Assembly: GCA_040954595.2 (NCBI GenBank)
Contig: CM082593.2
Coordinates: forward strand, 2,931,434 to 2,995,433
DNA: 64,000 bases
DNA from: Balanoglossus misakiensis
Taxonomy: Eukaryota > Animalia > Hemichordata
Direction: 5' to 3'
In this document: piece by piece, positions 39,101-53,361 of the stretch
Numbering within the stretch: position 1 is the stretch's first letter
Layout: every line of letters begins with the position of its first letter
Notes under the pieces: generated by a model
The model's database searches: none
The model's input: only the letters and a program-made list of their open reading frames with translations
Told to the model about the DNA's origin: nothing
Made by a program: the position numbers and the translations under genes

Positions 39101-41492
39101 GCTAGACCTTTGGCATGATTCGTCATCTATGACAGAACTGAAATTGGTGACGTTTATTTTCAAAACGGAAACGAATTAGAGACGAAAAGCCTTAATGAGA
39201 ATAGCCTACAGCGCAGACCCCAGCCATGTCTGCGAACAGTGAATAATATGATCTGGGCCTAAAACATCGAATTTCATTCTAAATCCTCACACCGTGTGCT
39301 TCTGGTTGATCAAATTACACTGGAGATGAAAAGATCATTGTCCTATAGTGCCTCTTTGCGACAAAAATGTGCGCTAAACGGATGAAAAACAGTGATTTCG
39401 GGAACGGACAGACTGCGTTGCCCCATTTTAGCCTGGATCCCATCACACCAGGCGCTCTCTGTATTGGTCCAATTTGACTCACGTGACACAAACGCGCCGT
39501 AAGGGGAGAACAAACGCCAAGTCACGAAATTAATTCAAAAATTGAATCAGATTCTTTTGTCACAGAATAGACTGTGTTGTATAGCGTGATATTAAATATC
39601 ATGCAACTGTTTCTCTGCTAATAAAAGCTCCATTGTTCTGCCACGCGTGGCATTTTTGTCAATTGCCAGACATTTCAATCTATGCAGAAGGCTCCCAATA
39701 CGTTATTGCGTTTGTTGCATTGTCGGTTTTGTTAATAGTGGAATTTTCTGTTCAAACATTTTATCGCGAGTTGGGTACATGTTGGTTTGAAACTTAAGAA
39801 GCGATAACTGAGCATGCGCGCTTTGTTTTTTTTTCATCCTGCAACTGATTCGGACAGTTGCGCATAAGCGGGCCGGGAAGACGGAGATATCGATGAGTTA
39901 AGTCGGCGGGTTCGCTCCATTGTTCGTACGGATAAATCGATCGTCTGGCAGCTGTAAGGTTTTTGGCATAATTTGCGTCTCTTTTGCAGACTGTCACAAA
40001 TGTCCTCCTATGCACACCGGGCAAGTGATATCGTCGAATATGTTAGTAACACACAATTCAATTTTTAATTGAAAACCTTAGCTGTTTCGGCTAACCCATC
40101 AGCGGCGTAATTGCATCCGATTCGATCCGTCTCGTTTTCATTTCCATGACAACCCTCTTCTCAGCGATGAATGGGGGAGGCTTGGATTACAAAAGCCGCT
40201 CGCCTCTAGGATGCTTTGAATGGCCAACTCATCCTGCTTTTGTTGTGCATCTGTATTTTTCAGTGGTTGTGGAGAGACAGACGCGGAGAAAAGACAGAAA
40301 AACAGAAGCTGGTCTCACCAAGGCACTCATCAGTAATGGCCGTTTCTCTGGTGATTCGTTGCTAACCAAATCTGAGAGGTGAGTACCGATTTGCTGGTTT
40401 GTTTTTTATGGGGGGGGGGGGGCAAAACGAAAGTACCTCTCCTGGAGCGCAGGCGCGCGTCGCTCACTCTCTTGCCCACCGTCAACTTGTCACGCGCCGT
40501 TTACACTCGGAGAAAAAAATCGCGCCCCTCTTTGCGTTAATTTTTCATGCAGGCTGCGCCATTTCTCCCAACTGCAAGCGAGGTGCTCGTGCTGGAGCCT
40601 CGCGCCTATCTTCCTGGTTTTCCTTTGTTTGTTGAATAAAAACGTGGCTGTCATCCTTCGCCGAGAGCCATACGCCTCTGGACGAAACTGGATAAGCTCT
40701 TACCGTCAGAATGAAATTTCCCCTAAAACGCGATGTTAGGGTACAGACCAATTTACCGTTAACGCGAAGCGATGCTAACTTAGCCCAAATGTTATACCAG
40801 CACCAGAATGTTTCGGGGTGATTTCCCACACGGAAGATTTTTCTGTCTCATGTATGTGCAGTGTCAAAACAAAGCAAAAGAAAACTATTACTTAGGCACG
40901 CGATCTACTCTAACGAGTCTTTCGCAGAAAACAGTATCAATTTCACTGTCTTTGATCAAAGGGGTCCTTTTAATCATGCGACTGAGCCAATTGTCCCTGC
41001 TTACTCTCTGATAATGTTATGTGTATTAAGACTTGCCTCTGCTTTGGTTTCGGTGACTTTGATCTGGCATCGCCAGGAAAAAAGTGGAAGCAGCGAGAGA
41101 AAATATAATATGTCACGATAATCCGTCTGCGTATCAAATTTGCAAATCTTTTTGAGCCGAAAAATCCGATGGCAAAAGTCTCGATTTTATTACTCATAGC
41201 CATCGATGCTTCTGTGTAGAGCGCGTATTGCTGCTGTATATATAGGCATATCTCTCTGCAGTTGGGTTCTTACAGCAATTAACCTAATAGGGGTTGGTAA
41301 ATGACATCTATCTCCGGCACGCGCATTCTGCCAGGATTATCGAATATTGAGATTGCCATGGATACGCACATTCAATGTCTTCTTGGATTTCAGGTGTACA
41401 TTAAATGAAGATAATTATATGACTTCGTCTGCTTTTGTGTATGTCTGTCTTATTTGAGAAACTGTGGTTTGAATTTGTGCGTGACTTTGTGC

Positions 41493-41519
41493 CTGTCTGT
41501 CTGTCTGTCTGTCTGTCTG
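41493..41519 (+). repeat. (CTGT)n microsatellite
   Basis: About 6.5 perfect CTGT units. Confidence 0.9.
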
Positions 41520-44500
41520 CATTTGTCGGTCTGTATCTCTGAGTCTCTCACTACCGCGAACATGTGACAAGTTCTGGTAAAGAAGCGTGTGCTACACATC
41601 TTCTTTGCTGCGAACGTTGACTATCCACAATTGCGCCTACAAGGGAATGATAAAATCACAGTGTTTTAGCTTTTGCGTTTACAACCATTAAACCCGCGGA
41701 AAACAGTCGGGGTGCCTTTGTATTCCACCGACGATCACATCGTCGTGGCGGGGGTTCATTGCAACAACCAACAGAAATGCGGCGTTTTTTTGCGCTGAAA
41801 TGCACCTTGTCGCTCGGGAATGCTTTTAAGGTAATTGGGGGTATTTTCGAGACGGCGTTTTCTGACAACCTAGGGACAACTGTACACAATTGTTCAGCAA
41901 TAGAGCCTTACTGAATACTTATAATTAATCTAGGGCCAGTTGAACATTTTTATTTCAACAGGTAAAATTGCTCGCGGTGATAAAATATGAAACAAAAAAG
42001 TGCTTTGTTGGAATAACCACATTTGAATTGAGATCATGAGGCATGTACTTGACTTTCAAATCACTGTAGCGTGTATCTTCTTATTCTTGAATATGTAGTT
42101 GACTGCACATTGTCTCGTTTGCTGTGGTAAAGGCATCATCCTTGTACTGGCCAAAACCTCCCCCACATCACCTGTTAAACGATCTCATAAACAATAATGT
42201 AGCGGCAATAAATCACATTACTACTCATATAGACAATGACAGAACGGTTTAGGTTCGATAATACGTACGACTGCCTTTTTTTCTCTCATCCGTCAATTTT
42301 CCTATAATACATGTTTGAAAACGAGTCAAAAGGAAAAAATTGCTTTAATTAAGTGTCAGTTATGACATGTTTATTTTACTACGGGAAGTTTGCCAAGCGA
42401 TATTAAGCATAAATGCCACTATTTGAACGGGTCCTGAAAGAATAGTTGTCGTAAATTAATGGTTTGTTGCTATTACTGGCGTCCTTAAAGGTCGTGACAT
42501 TATATTCAGTTGTCGACTCCGTTAGCAAATCTTTCGGGTTCTTTATCATTTCTCTGATGTGTCTATTTTGTTTATCATGCGATTGGGATTGGTTTCCGGG
42601 CGTCCCACAGACATGCTGCTGTGCATAGTTACAGGAATGGTTGTCACTTCCACCGTGCCACGGTCGCCATGACACTGGATGACACTGGCACTTTAATGGG
42701 AAAAAGAATTCCTATGGAAATTAACAGGAGTTGAACTTGAACTCTGCAGTAGCAAATTCCTGTAGCAAGGAAGTTTGTATATAAGAGATTCATATTCCAG
42801 GAAGATCCGTGGTCCTTCTTTCATCGCTCATATAATAATATCCAAGAAAAGAATTTGATTGAAGTTTGCGCTCTCTGTCGTCATACCCGTGTACGTAGTA
42901 CTACCAGTTGAGCCTACGTTAAAAAACATGTTTCAGTGAAGTCAACGCACTTTAAATAAAACCCTACATCTGTCAGTCAAACATCAGATTGAATTGGATA
43001 GCTTGTTTTATTACGGTAGTGGATTTGATATGAAATTAAATTGGTTTTGTAAAAAGGTTTATCCTATTTCTGGCACTGCGGTATTCATGTATTGCAATAC
43101 ACACAGGTTTACGGTCAGTGTTTTCATACTCATTCGCCTTAATTGAGTGTTCGGTTGACGAACATGTAATGATTTTATTGTTGGTTTTCATTTATACTCA
43201 GGACATATCCAATTAGGCCAGCGTAACTAAACTTTGTGTTGTATGTCCCCATGTGAATACTTTTTAGTGATTCACGATTTAAAAAAAACGTATTCGTATA
43301 CAAATCTTCTCCGTGGACATGGGCTCTTCCAGGGGATAAGGCTAAATCACTTTTGCTATTTCAGTCTTGCAAACTTCTCTCGGAAGATTTCGTGCATTAG
43401 CCGGCGTTTTACAACAGCGAGACCTTGTGCCTTGGGAAACTCACAGTCAGCAGGGGCTTACACGCCACTAAACGGGTTTTCTAACACCTCGGAGCTTGGA
43501 AATTAGTCAGGCATATAGCATACGCACAGCGTTGTTTTCAATCAGCGATCCCTGCCCAAGTGGGTCCAATGCACCTTTAATATTCGCGTTCCATGTCGGT
43601 GAATCCGAGCACGTCTTAGCCAACTGACGGCGAAAGAGGAGTAACAGGAATATGGTGTCCCTTAATAATGGAAGTCATAATCATTAATTCAGTCCCCCAC
43701 ACCTGCGGCAGTTAATACTTCGTTATTTTGTGACTTTTAAAAGCTCAGGAATCCAGAATGTCTGTGGGGTCTTTCGGATACAATCACTGGTAACCTAGGG
43801 AGCACGCAACAGTCTCTTGACTCGGGTTCTCCGTTGCCTTGCCCACTATGCCCCACCCTATGTGAAACGTATTTCGTTCGTATTCATGAAGTTGGTTTCG
43901 TATGTGATGCAATAACAACAGCAAAGTTAGCCAAGTAATCGACCATCTCTGTTTTCGCGAACCGATTGGGTCAAATATTCCGAGAAAAAATAAAAACTAC
44001 ACGGGCAGTCAATTATGCTGTCGATCGCTTATCCGTCAGCTACCAACAAATTTCTTTTGATGTTTCCGCAATAACTAAACAGCGTGGTGCCACGCAATGC
44101 GCGCGATGCTCGAGGTGCGTGAGCGCGCTTGTGCATTATTTTATAAAGAAAATTACCATTGAAACGGGGTATTTACTAACCTGTGACTTCTTACCCCGTC
44201 AGGATGTTCTTGGAATTATTTTGCCGGTGGTAGCGTATGAATAATTGTAGAAATTTATTCCGTTTCTCCTGAAAAGAATTAATAAAAAGAACTTTGTCAT
44301 TGTTTGTGTGCAACATTACAACGCATCTTGAGTAAGTGTTAATCACATAATGTCCTTCTTCAAGAAAATTAACGATATGCTAAACATCATTCAGTTTGTA
44401 ATCTTCATCGAAAATAACATAGTAACTCATGCGGGTTAACAAGAAGGTGGCAATTTTAGCAGCCAAAGAAATATTTCACGTTCCGGTTTATTCTCCTGGT

Positions 44501-44942
44501 GCGCCTCATGTGAGTGTATTCTCTGGTTTCCGGTTTTGAAGCGGATGACAGAGAGAATCGGCAAAGAAATGCAAAAAAATCACCTGAGAATACCATTAGA
44601 ATGCTGAATTTAAATATTAAAGTATATACCATCGCGATTTTTCCTCCGTATTTGCATTGGAAGACAGTCGACCATGTACGCATCATTAAAATTCGATGCC
44701 AACCGAAGCGAGTGACATCAAGGGTATTATTACATCGGGAGCAATCCGAAACAAACGCAGCTCTCTCCTCAAACCTAATTAAATGTTGCCTTAATTATGA
44801 TCCAAATGTCTATGAGGGGGTCACTTTCCACTGGGAAAGACCATGGAATACGAGGGAAGCTGAAGTTTGGAGGGGGTTTGGCGGCTTTTCCCATAAAGCT
44901 GACTTATCCTTGGGGGAAAGACACACACGCTGATCACATGGG

Positions 44943-44980
44943 AAAAGATTTTCCTCCCCAAGAAAAAAAGATTTTCCTCC
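44943..44980 (+). repeat. 15-bp direct repeat AAAAGATTTTCCTCC x2 (23-bp period)
   Basis: Identical copies at 44943-44957 and 44966-44980. Confidence 0.8.
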
Positions 44981-47900
44981 GAGTTTTGATCCTGCAAAAA
45001 TGAGCTCCTTTTTGCGTGCCACGCTAAGAAGATGCACAAATCCTTTGAGGCTATTTTCGTAACACTTGCAAAGGCCCATAAACACATCGGATTGTGTTCG
45101 TCTGTGCCGTGACGGTTCAGTTTAAAATGTCTCATGTACTATTACAGCGTCACTTGTCAGCCAAACAGCGATTTTTATCCGCAATTGACGAATGAAATAT
45201 TCCTGATAATTTTATTTAAAAGCAGAATTATTCCTTAAATTAACTACAAGGGGACGCATAGAATAGAAGGATATAAAGTGAAACGTTTTGGTTAAAGTAG
45301 ACAATTATCTATGACCTATAATTTCATTTTGGGTAGACACACTAAAAATTGAGTGCTAATACCTCTAACTCGGTTAGGTCTTTGTAACCTCGTTCACGAA
45401 CACGTTTATAACGGTAATCGGCACCTACGGGTATTAAACGAGAAAAAACCGTAATGCTATAGCCGCACGACAAAGGAAAAAAGTTCAAAGAAGCAGTAGC
45501 GAAAGTGTAAGAGCCGATATGTTCATTAAGGGACTGTCATTAATTCGCAATAGGGAGGGTCGCCTGAAAGACAATAAGCTGTCCTCCATAACTATGATAT
45601 ACAATTACAACACAATTCGCGAATTCTGATCACTTGTGACGAAAGCAAACGAATTAATTAGAGGGGTCCACATACGAATTTTCTCTTCGTCTGTGTATTT
45701 AGGGCGATGTTAGATTATATAGTCTCCCTCTTGTGTATATTTAATAGTAAGACAAAGAGAAACCCGAAGCCCTAGAACAAAGTCTATTTTACTGGCCACT
45801 CTTGTGCAAATACATGTACATTCAAATGTTTGATGGAAATCCTAAAGAGTCTCTCAGCATGCTCAGTATAAGGCAGTGCACCTGCCCGTCAATGATATGA
45901 AACAATTACAAATTTGATAAAATAAATATCGACAAAGTGAGATCCATACTTCTGATAGACCCGCCTTCCTTGCTAGGTATTGATTGTTCATCGTCTGGCA
46001 AAACATTGACATTTCAACGCAGTGACTTTTCGAAATGGGACCTCAAACATTGTCTTCATATTTATTTTTATCTGTTCGCTCTTTTTCTCTCGTCTACTCA
46101 CGCCATGGGCTGTGACGCGTCCTTGATTTTGAATTGATCGGGTTCTATATAATATAACCACCGATGAAGCTGTCATCGCCCTATTCTTTATTAAATTCGC
46201 TAACACCAATCTGACGTGTCGATGGCTATATGATGTCGGTTGGTTTTTGATTTAACAGCCTGGAAACTTCCTGTTTCAGCTCATGAGAAATGTAATATCC
46301 TGCAACTCTGTCAGAAAGTTGAAATATGTGTTTCAATAATTTTATCCTGCTTTTCAAATTTTATTCACCCGTCTTATGTACTTCGCGTGAAAACAAAATG
46401 GCGCGCGCTGACCAAGCGATATTTTGTGGACCGGTCTTTCAAATTGATATTAACGTTTAAGAAACGAAGACAAAAACATATTGTTAACATGTACACACAT
46501 GGTAGAAGGTAGTCCATATGCCAAATGCTCTTTTAAAACTTAGTATGGAGATGTAGAACAAACGTAAAATAAATTGACTGGATTTATTCTGCCAACGTGA
46601 CCCGGTGAAAATGTGCCGCAGAGAGCCCAAGCGCTAAATCTCTGCAGTGCCCACAAGCCTTCCAGAGTGCATGTAAGGGATAACGTCATTCGCGAGCGAC
46701 AAGTGTCCCTTTTCTTGTGTCAGTTCATCCGGGCAAGATTTGATTAAATTCTGAAATATTTATGGTTTAATCTCCAGAGAAAGAGCTGGCAATTTCTGGT
46801 GTATGGTGAACTGCGTCACGCGCACCTCGTCAGATACAGAAGCAAATACCGGATTTAAAGTTAGCCCCGGGCCCGCCGTCTTTCTGCGGGTGCAATTGGC
46901 GGTTATACTGCGAAGCAACGGGGACAGAGATCAAAGTATCTCGTATCATCAGGTATATAAGTCAAAGTTGCATGAAATGAGATTGGGATTGGAAGCGCGC
47001 GTCTCCGGTGAAAGGTATCCTGTATCCGACTACGGAAGTCTTGAAATTTTAAAAGGGGTAGAAAACCTCGCGACATGTTAGTTGGGGTGGGGCATGCTTC
47101 GTGCAGTTCCCGATGCAGGAACTTTATATATTTGAGAGATAAGATTTCAAATCAGTTAAGGAAAATACCTACATCGGAAGAGCTAAGTCTACTGTATGGC
47201 CGGCGAGGGCGCTTTCATAACAACTGTATCTTATATTATTTGAAAGAAATTGATAAATTTCACTCGATAAGTTCTCTCAACCTCTCTCTCATATTAACAT
47301 AATACTTTCTCTGAGTCCAATGTTTGCATGTCTTAGTTCGCCTGGTTGAATTCCTCTGTGCTGCCAAGCACGTAAGCTGACGAAGCCAGTTGTGTCCGTT
47401 GGACAGTCGCCTCCTGTTGAAGGTCGATGTTATTGACATGATCATGCGAAACTGTCTTATCGATGAGAAGCCGTAGCGTGAAAGCACGAGGTAACCAAGG
47501 GGATAATAGATAAGAATTGCTTTGATTTGATCTTGTCACGCAAATCTGGACTCGAGGCGATCGGATAGCATGCCTGCCCGACTCTGGAGTCTGACAACCG
47601 CGTGCATGCTGCCGGAAACGAATCTTTATCTCATTTTTTTTCGGTATGTCGTTGCGTGTTCATCTCCTATTTATTCGATTTTGCATGGAAGATTATCCAG
47701 AAACTGTCACGTTGGCAAATTGTAGTCTGGTCTAGCGTAAATGTCAGCAAAACTGCTTTGACCAGGATTTTGTTAGGAATTGTACGGAATTGCCGAATAC
47801 AGACGTACATTTGGCGTTTACTATAACTCCAGAAAGGGTGCACGCCCTCTAGAGATGTGTTACAATGAGGTGTGGTTCAGTATATATACTTTCAATGCAT

Positions 47901-49223
47901 AGTTAACGACACTTTACACTGTGACGTTTGTTGTCTGAAGAATGACATAACTGACTATGGCATCTTGAGGAATATTAAGACAAGTTTCAAACCCCATTTC
48001 CCGTATCCTTATACTCTAAAAACAGCATATCTAACCATGTCTTCTTCGCAAGACGGTACTTCGCAGCAAACGTCTCCAAACATCACTCGCCTATCTGCCG
48101 ACACCACCGCTGCCACCGACCGCAGACGACACCGAGACCTTTCGGGCGCTTGACATTAACATTAACACGACTAAAAATTCGATTTGGTCCATAATACGTC
48201 TGGGGATAAGTAGTCTGGTGATCAGTATGTCTGCGGAGAAATCCGATCAGAGCCCGGAACAGATATTGAATCTGAGTCTAAAGCATTCGCAATATTATCT
48301 GTCCACGATGAGGATCCCTTATATATTATTCATGGCGTTGCCTGCTTGAGCCTGTGCGAAATGTTCTTATTATTAAACTACAGCAAGGGCATGGATGTTG
48401 CCTGTGAGCTATAACATGCGATAACAACGGCAGAAATCGGAATGACGTACTCAATATTAACCCAAATTGTCTGCCATTACATGTCCCTTTGAACGATGTT
48501 AACACTGACAACATTTGGAAGGGATAACATGGCTCTCCTGGGAGTGTTGCTCCTACAAAATTTTAGAATGACATGCGCCTATTTTGTCTTTTCAAACATC
48601 TTTCGGGCATATTTTATTTTATGCATGCATTTCCGCGACTGTTTGCTTTGGTAAGCCAGAGAATTTTTTCATGGATAGAAAGTGCGGTTTTGAGATTTGA
48701 TAATTTATCAGTGATATTCTTCCAGCTTTATAGAAAGTTCCATTTCCTGCCTCTTTGTGCTTTGCTCATTGAGGCCATCCAACTTCCGCCGCAATGCATT
48801 CTGGATATAGAAAGGGCATGTAGTGTATCAAAGACTGGCGTGGATAATTGTAACCTAGCTAAGGAGTCTGACCGATACCCTGCTGTCTGCAACAGGCACA
48901 TTTTAGATATTCCAGACCAGAGAGTTTGTCCATCCAAATGCAACTTCTAACCCACCTGCCAAGAAATATGAACATGCCCTGTGTACTCTGACACACTTTT
49001 GATATATCGCTCTGATCGTGACATCATGGCGTTTTGAAATTGATAATGCAAACGTTACTTAAACTGGCATCTGTTCAATGGGCAATAAAGATTAAAGATG
49101 TTTTATCCCTTTAACGTAATATTCATGAAAATATTCCTTGGGTAAGTGAACAAACGTGTCTACACAGCGGTTACAATTACAATGTATACCGCTACAATTG
49201 GCGTTGGCACTATCTACTTTTAG

Positions 49224-49340
49224 TATCTATCTATCTATCTCTCTGTCTGTCTGTCTCTCCGTCTGTCTGGCTGTGGGTCGGTCAGTCTGTGCCTGCCTGT
49301 TGCACCTGCTCTCTCCCTCTCCCCCCCCTCTCTCACACAC
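49224..49340 (+). repeat. Compound microsatellite (TATC)n(CTGT)n with C/T-rich tail
   Basis: tatctatctatctatctctctgtctgtctgtctctccgtctgtctg...ctctccctctcccccccctctctcacacac. Confidence 0.85.
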
Positions 49341-49958
49341 AATACTCCATATCTAAACATCAACATCATACATCCCAGGAAATGACATATTTGACAGAAT
49401 GTGCACAAAACTACCAGATAAAGATTTACAGAAGATAAGGCCCGTATTTGTTTTCGTAAATGATTCATCAGGGACTTGTAAAAAGCTGGATCGGACCAAA
49501 GAGAGAAAGTAACGAAGCGAGATAAGCCACGATTAGATACATTGAGCTGACTTCTAGATAGTATAACGTGCAGAGGAAGACAAATAGTTGCATTTTTGAT
49601 AAATGTATGGTGATAGTGATATGGGAGATCTTATTTTCCTGAAAATCTATAGAAGAGGGGTGATATCAGATGTTGACGATTAGTTTCGATGAGGAAATAT
49701 GAGAAACGAACGATAGGGAGATTAGGGCGAGGGTCAACCTGGTCTTGGAATTCACGCGAACTGCTGAACTAGGGGATACTAGTATACATGTACTGGCCAG
49801 GTACATTTATAAAGAGAGACATGGGGAAGTGCGCTCAGTCAAGTCAGTCAATCAGTCTTTGTTTATCTGTCAGTCAGTCGTTCAGCCAAAAGAATCTGCA
49901 CTCAGGTTCTGGCGAGAAAACTGTTTTTGCTGCAATGCGAACACACAGGCAGGCGCAG

Positions 49959-50089
49959 TATAAACGGGCCGGACGCTGAGGTGTCAGAAAGGGAGATCAG
50001 TGACGTCACCAGACAGACAGACACTCCACAGCCGATGTCACATCATCTATTATATATAAGCAAATAGCGAAATGAACATAAGTTCAGTT
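49959..50089 (+). promoter_or_regulatory. Candidate Pol II core promoter: CRE + TATA + Inr
   Basis: TGACGTCA at 50001-50008; TATATAAG at 50053-50060; TCAGTT Inr at 50084-50089 (A at 50086, 33 nt from the TATA start); a second TATAAA at 49959-49964. No downstream ORF recognised. Confidence 0.35.
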
Positions 50090-52235
50090 TTGTCAGTATA
50101 ACCCGTGATTCTGTTGGTTTTTCTGACCATCTGGAGTGCTTTTATTTTATTGTTTGACTTTCATTAATCAATTAGATTGAGTTTTCCCCCTTTTTATTAC
50201 CTGGTATTCGGGCGTCTCTTTCGTCACGTCACAATTGCCTCGCTGGTCTGATGTCCAATTAGAAAGCGAGAAATGTCAACAAATAAATATTGAGCATTCG
50301 TTCCGCGAAAAGAAAAATTAGACCGTTTATTTCTCTGTGACTAATAGGTCTGGTAGAATCCCATCAATATGACCTATGGTGATACCGTGGCTAGATTGAG
50401 TGCCCCTCCCATACCCCGTGGCCATCAAATCTAATATCGCGCCGTTCTCCGCTTTATGATGGGACGGTTTTTTTTAAGTGTGGCTCACAACAGAAAGGCG
50501 AGAAAAAACGAGGCTGGTGAAGTTTAGCTTACGGATACGTGAAGTATCGTTGGCTTTTATGACTACTTCTGGCCTGCGATCTTTACATACTATCTCCTAC
50601 TGTTTCTGCCTCTGTCTCAGGATTATCATATCTCTCCGTCATTTTGTTAATGCATATGTCTCATTCTGCAGTCTGTCTGTCTGTATGTATGTCAATGCAT
50701 CTCTCTTTGAGATTCAATAAACCCTATACGATCGTTATTTCAGTCACGATCGTTCTGTAAAATAAAAGAAACTGCCAATTTCGCAGATAGCAGTGCGTTT
50801 AAACTTTGTCTGCCCATTACCGATAGACAGCGCAGATTAGTCGTACACAGTAAGCACCTGTAATGGCAATTGACATTTTATGTGCGATGAAGTAGTGCAT
50901 TTCCAGTAGCTTTGACCAAAACCGACTCATAACATGCCTAATATTGCCATAAAACTAAGACGGAAGCGCTCAACTGCAGACGACCTCCGCGATTGGAAAA
51001 CAAACCAGCAGACAACACGGGGACCCTTGTGAAATTTATCTTGCTTGTAATTAACTAATTGAAAATTGAGGATGATGCTCCGCAATCAGGACAACTAGCT
51101 GGAGTGCGTATGCGTATAAAGATGTCTGTCAACATTGCACCCAATTTTCCTGGGACAACAGCCGATTGCTAAGGCGACTGTCAGCGATTTAGTCAAGGGT
51201 GACATTTTTAGCAGTGCCGGTCGCATGAAGCATGGGAATGGGCATGCTAAGCGCGAGGGTTCCGTGCCAGTGTGTGCAATAGTACAGAACCCCATATTTG
51301 TATTTTTTCGAGAAGTGCACAATATTGAAAGCTTATATAACGTAACTAACATAGAGGTGCATATTTTGAAGTATACGTTTCTCCTAACGTCTCTCTGTTG
51401 TTGACAAGTTGTGATGGAAATGACATTCAAATGACACGTGACAGTGGACCGCCTGGGTGAAGAAAAGATCGCGAGAGTTTTTGGAAAATACTCTGAGAGA
51501 AAAATTACCAGAAATATGAGAATACACGTTGTTAATGTTGAGCAAACAAAGAGCTTGCGTGATTACAGTGACTGTGTGACGCCAGTTTATCCCCGTGAAA
51601 CTGTGTCTGACTTCTAATGACAGAGAATCAAGCATATTACGTCTATTATGAACATGTACAGACTGCACACCCCACAGGCTCGTTCAGAAATAGTGGTGCG
51701 TACTTTTCTCTGGAACGTTAGTCGTGTAAATTTTGGTGTCTCGTAAACATCAGTCGGTGGCAATGTCTTGAATGACGTACAGGATGCTTTCTACAAAACA
51801 ACAAACTACAGAACCTTGGAAAACGGCCGTATTGGTTTCAGTGGGTAAATCTGTAATTGCTTGTGTGTAATTTGAAGAAGAAGAAAAATGTTATCTGTTT
51901 TCTTGCTGTTATCTCTGTGCGGAGGGAAGGGTAGCAGGGCGAGATCTTGATAGCGACGCCGTGTTCAAGATGGCGGAAACCAGATATACAGGTGCTGCCC
52001 AGTGCATAGTGCCCAAGGGTCTAGCGCAGTGAAACAGGTTCAGTTTGGTTACTAGTATCGCATACATGCCTCCCTCGATAATTGTTATGACCTGGCCCTT
52101 GGAGCGCCCAGGGAAGAACTTCACGAAAATCATTCAAATAATAATCTGGTTTCCCTGCAGTCGTGAATATTTTTCTCTATCTCTCTTTCTAAATAAACCA
52201 TCTTTAGCTGTCGTGCGGTGGTACTTGTTAACGGT

Positions 52236-52249
52236 GTTGCCATGGCGAT
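52236..52249. promoter_or_regulatory. RFX X-box-like GTTGCCATGGCGAT
   Basis: 12/14 match to GTTGCCATGGCAAC. Confidence 0.4.
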
Positions 52250-53361
52250 AGTAGCTTGCAACGGTTTCCAATCTCCCCTGTTGCACAGTGCAATTGCCGC
52301 ATCACCGCGATGCCGATCGCTGAGGTTGCCCGACAAAAGGATGATCGGGGGTATTTTTTGTAAGGGATCGTTCTCCAAAGCCCCTCGTTTGTCATTCGCC
52401 CCAAATCTCATCACTCGGCGCACAAAAGGCGCACTTGCCCCTACAGGAATGATTCCGACTCGTAATTTGCTTATCGCCAGTGTCTCGATTGTGTCCCTCC
52501 TAATAAATTGCTTTTGTTCGCGTTTCGCCCTTTCTGTACAGAATACCAGATAAAACATAATACACCGCGTTTGCATGCATTTATTTATCATTGCGTATCG
52601 AGTTCGTGATGGCCAATAAATTATCTATCACAAGGGTGCTACTGCGAAATCCGATGACTAATTTATGAAATTAATAAGATAAACAGGACTCTAATGCTGT
52701 AACATTTCTGCCTCGGCGACGCCTTGGTTGTGATTCAACCGCTGTGCTGTTCTTTGAATACCCCAAAACACTCGTGTTTTATTTCAAAGTTGCGGGACGG
52801 CAACGTTGTGTTCAGGGCTTAGCAACTGCAGCCAACAGTTTCCTGGTTTTGCGACGCACTTTTCAGAAATTGGCCCGAAGAACAGTTCGGTGAGTACCAA
52901 ACGACTCGGCGCCTGTCTGTGTAGTATGAAGTTTTTAGACTCTTTTCTAGAAACGCTATCCAGTATTTAACATTTTCTTTCGTACAAAGGACATGAATCA
53001 GGATTTAATTCATCTAAACACTGCTGGATAAAAATTTGAAACGATTTCTTGATAAATTTCTTCTGAAAGATTCCATCCTGTCGTTCCGTCATGCGACTTA
53101 GCTTCATAGGAAAACATTTTTTTCTCTGGCTGGATTTTGAAATCGGGCAACACCGATTCAGGAATGAAACAGGCGGTCGAGTACTACGATTCATTCATTT
53201 TGCTTGGCGGGTGAATAGAAGAATGCATGCTGTCATTGATTACTCGACATCGCTGCATTTAAATTAAAAACTCAATGAAGAGAATTACCTGATTAAAATG
53301 ACGGCTTTGGTTGGATTTGACGGAGGCCACCCGAAGTTATTTCACGTTTCGATCATTGCGC

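Noticed and set aside
44943-44980. Direct repeat as a CRISPR-like array
   Set aside because: Only two 15-bp units with an 8-bp spacer, eukaryotic context and no cas genes.
48030-48960. Possible decayed coding or transposon remnant (several 60-125 codon open stretches)
   Set aside because: No transposase, reverse transcriptase or other motif could be recognised in any frame; a BLASTX search would be needed.
51510-51532. miR-137-like GAGAATACACGT
   Set aside because: Matches only the 3' part; the seed is absent.
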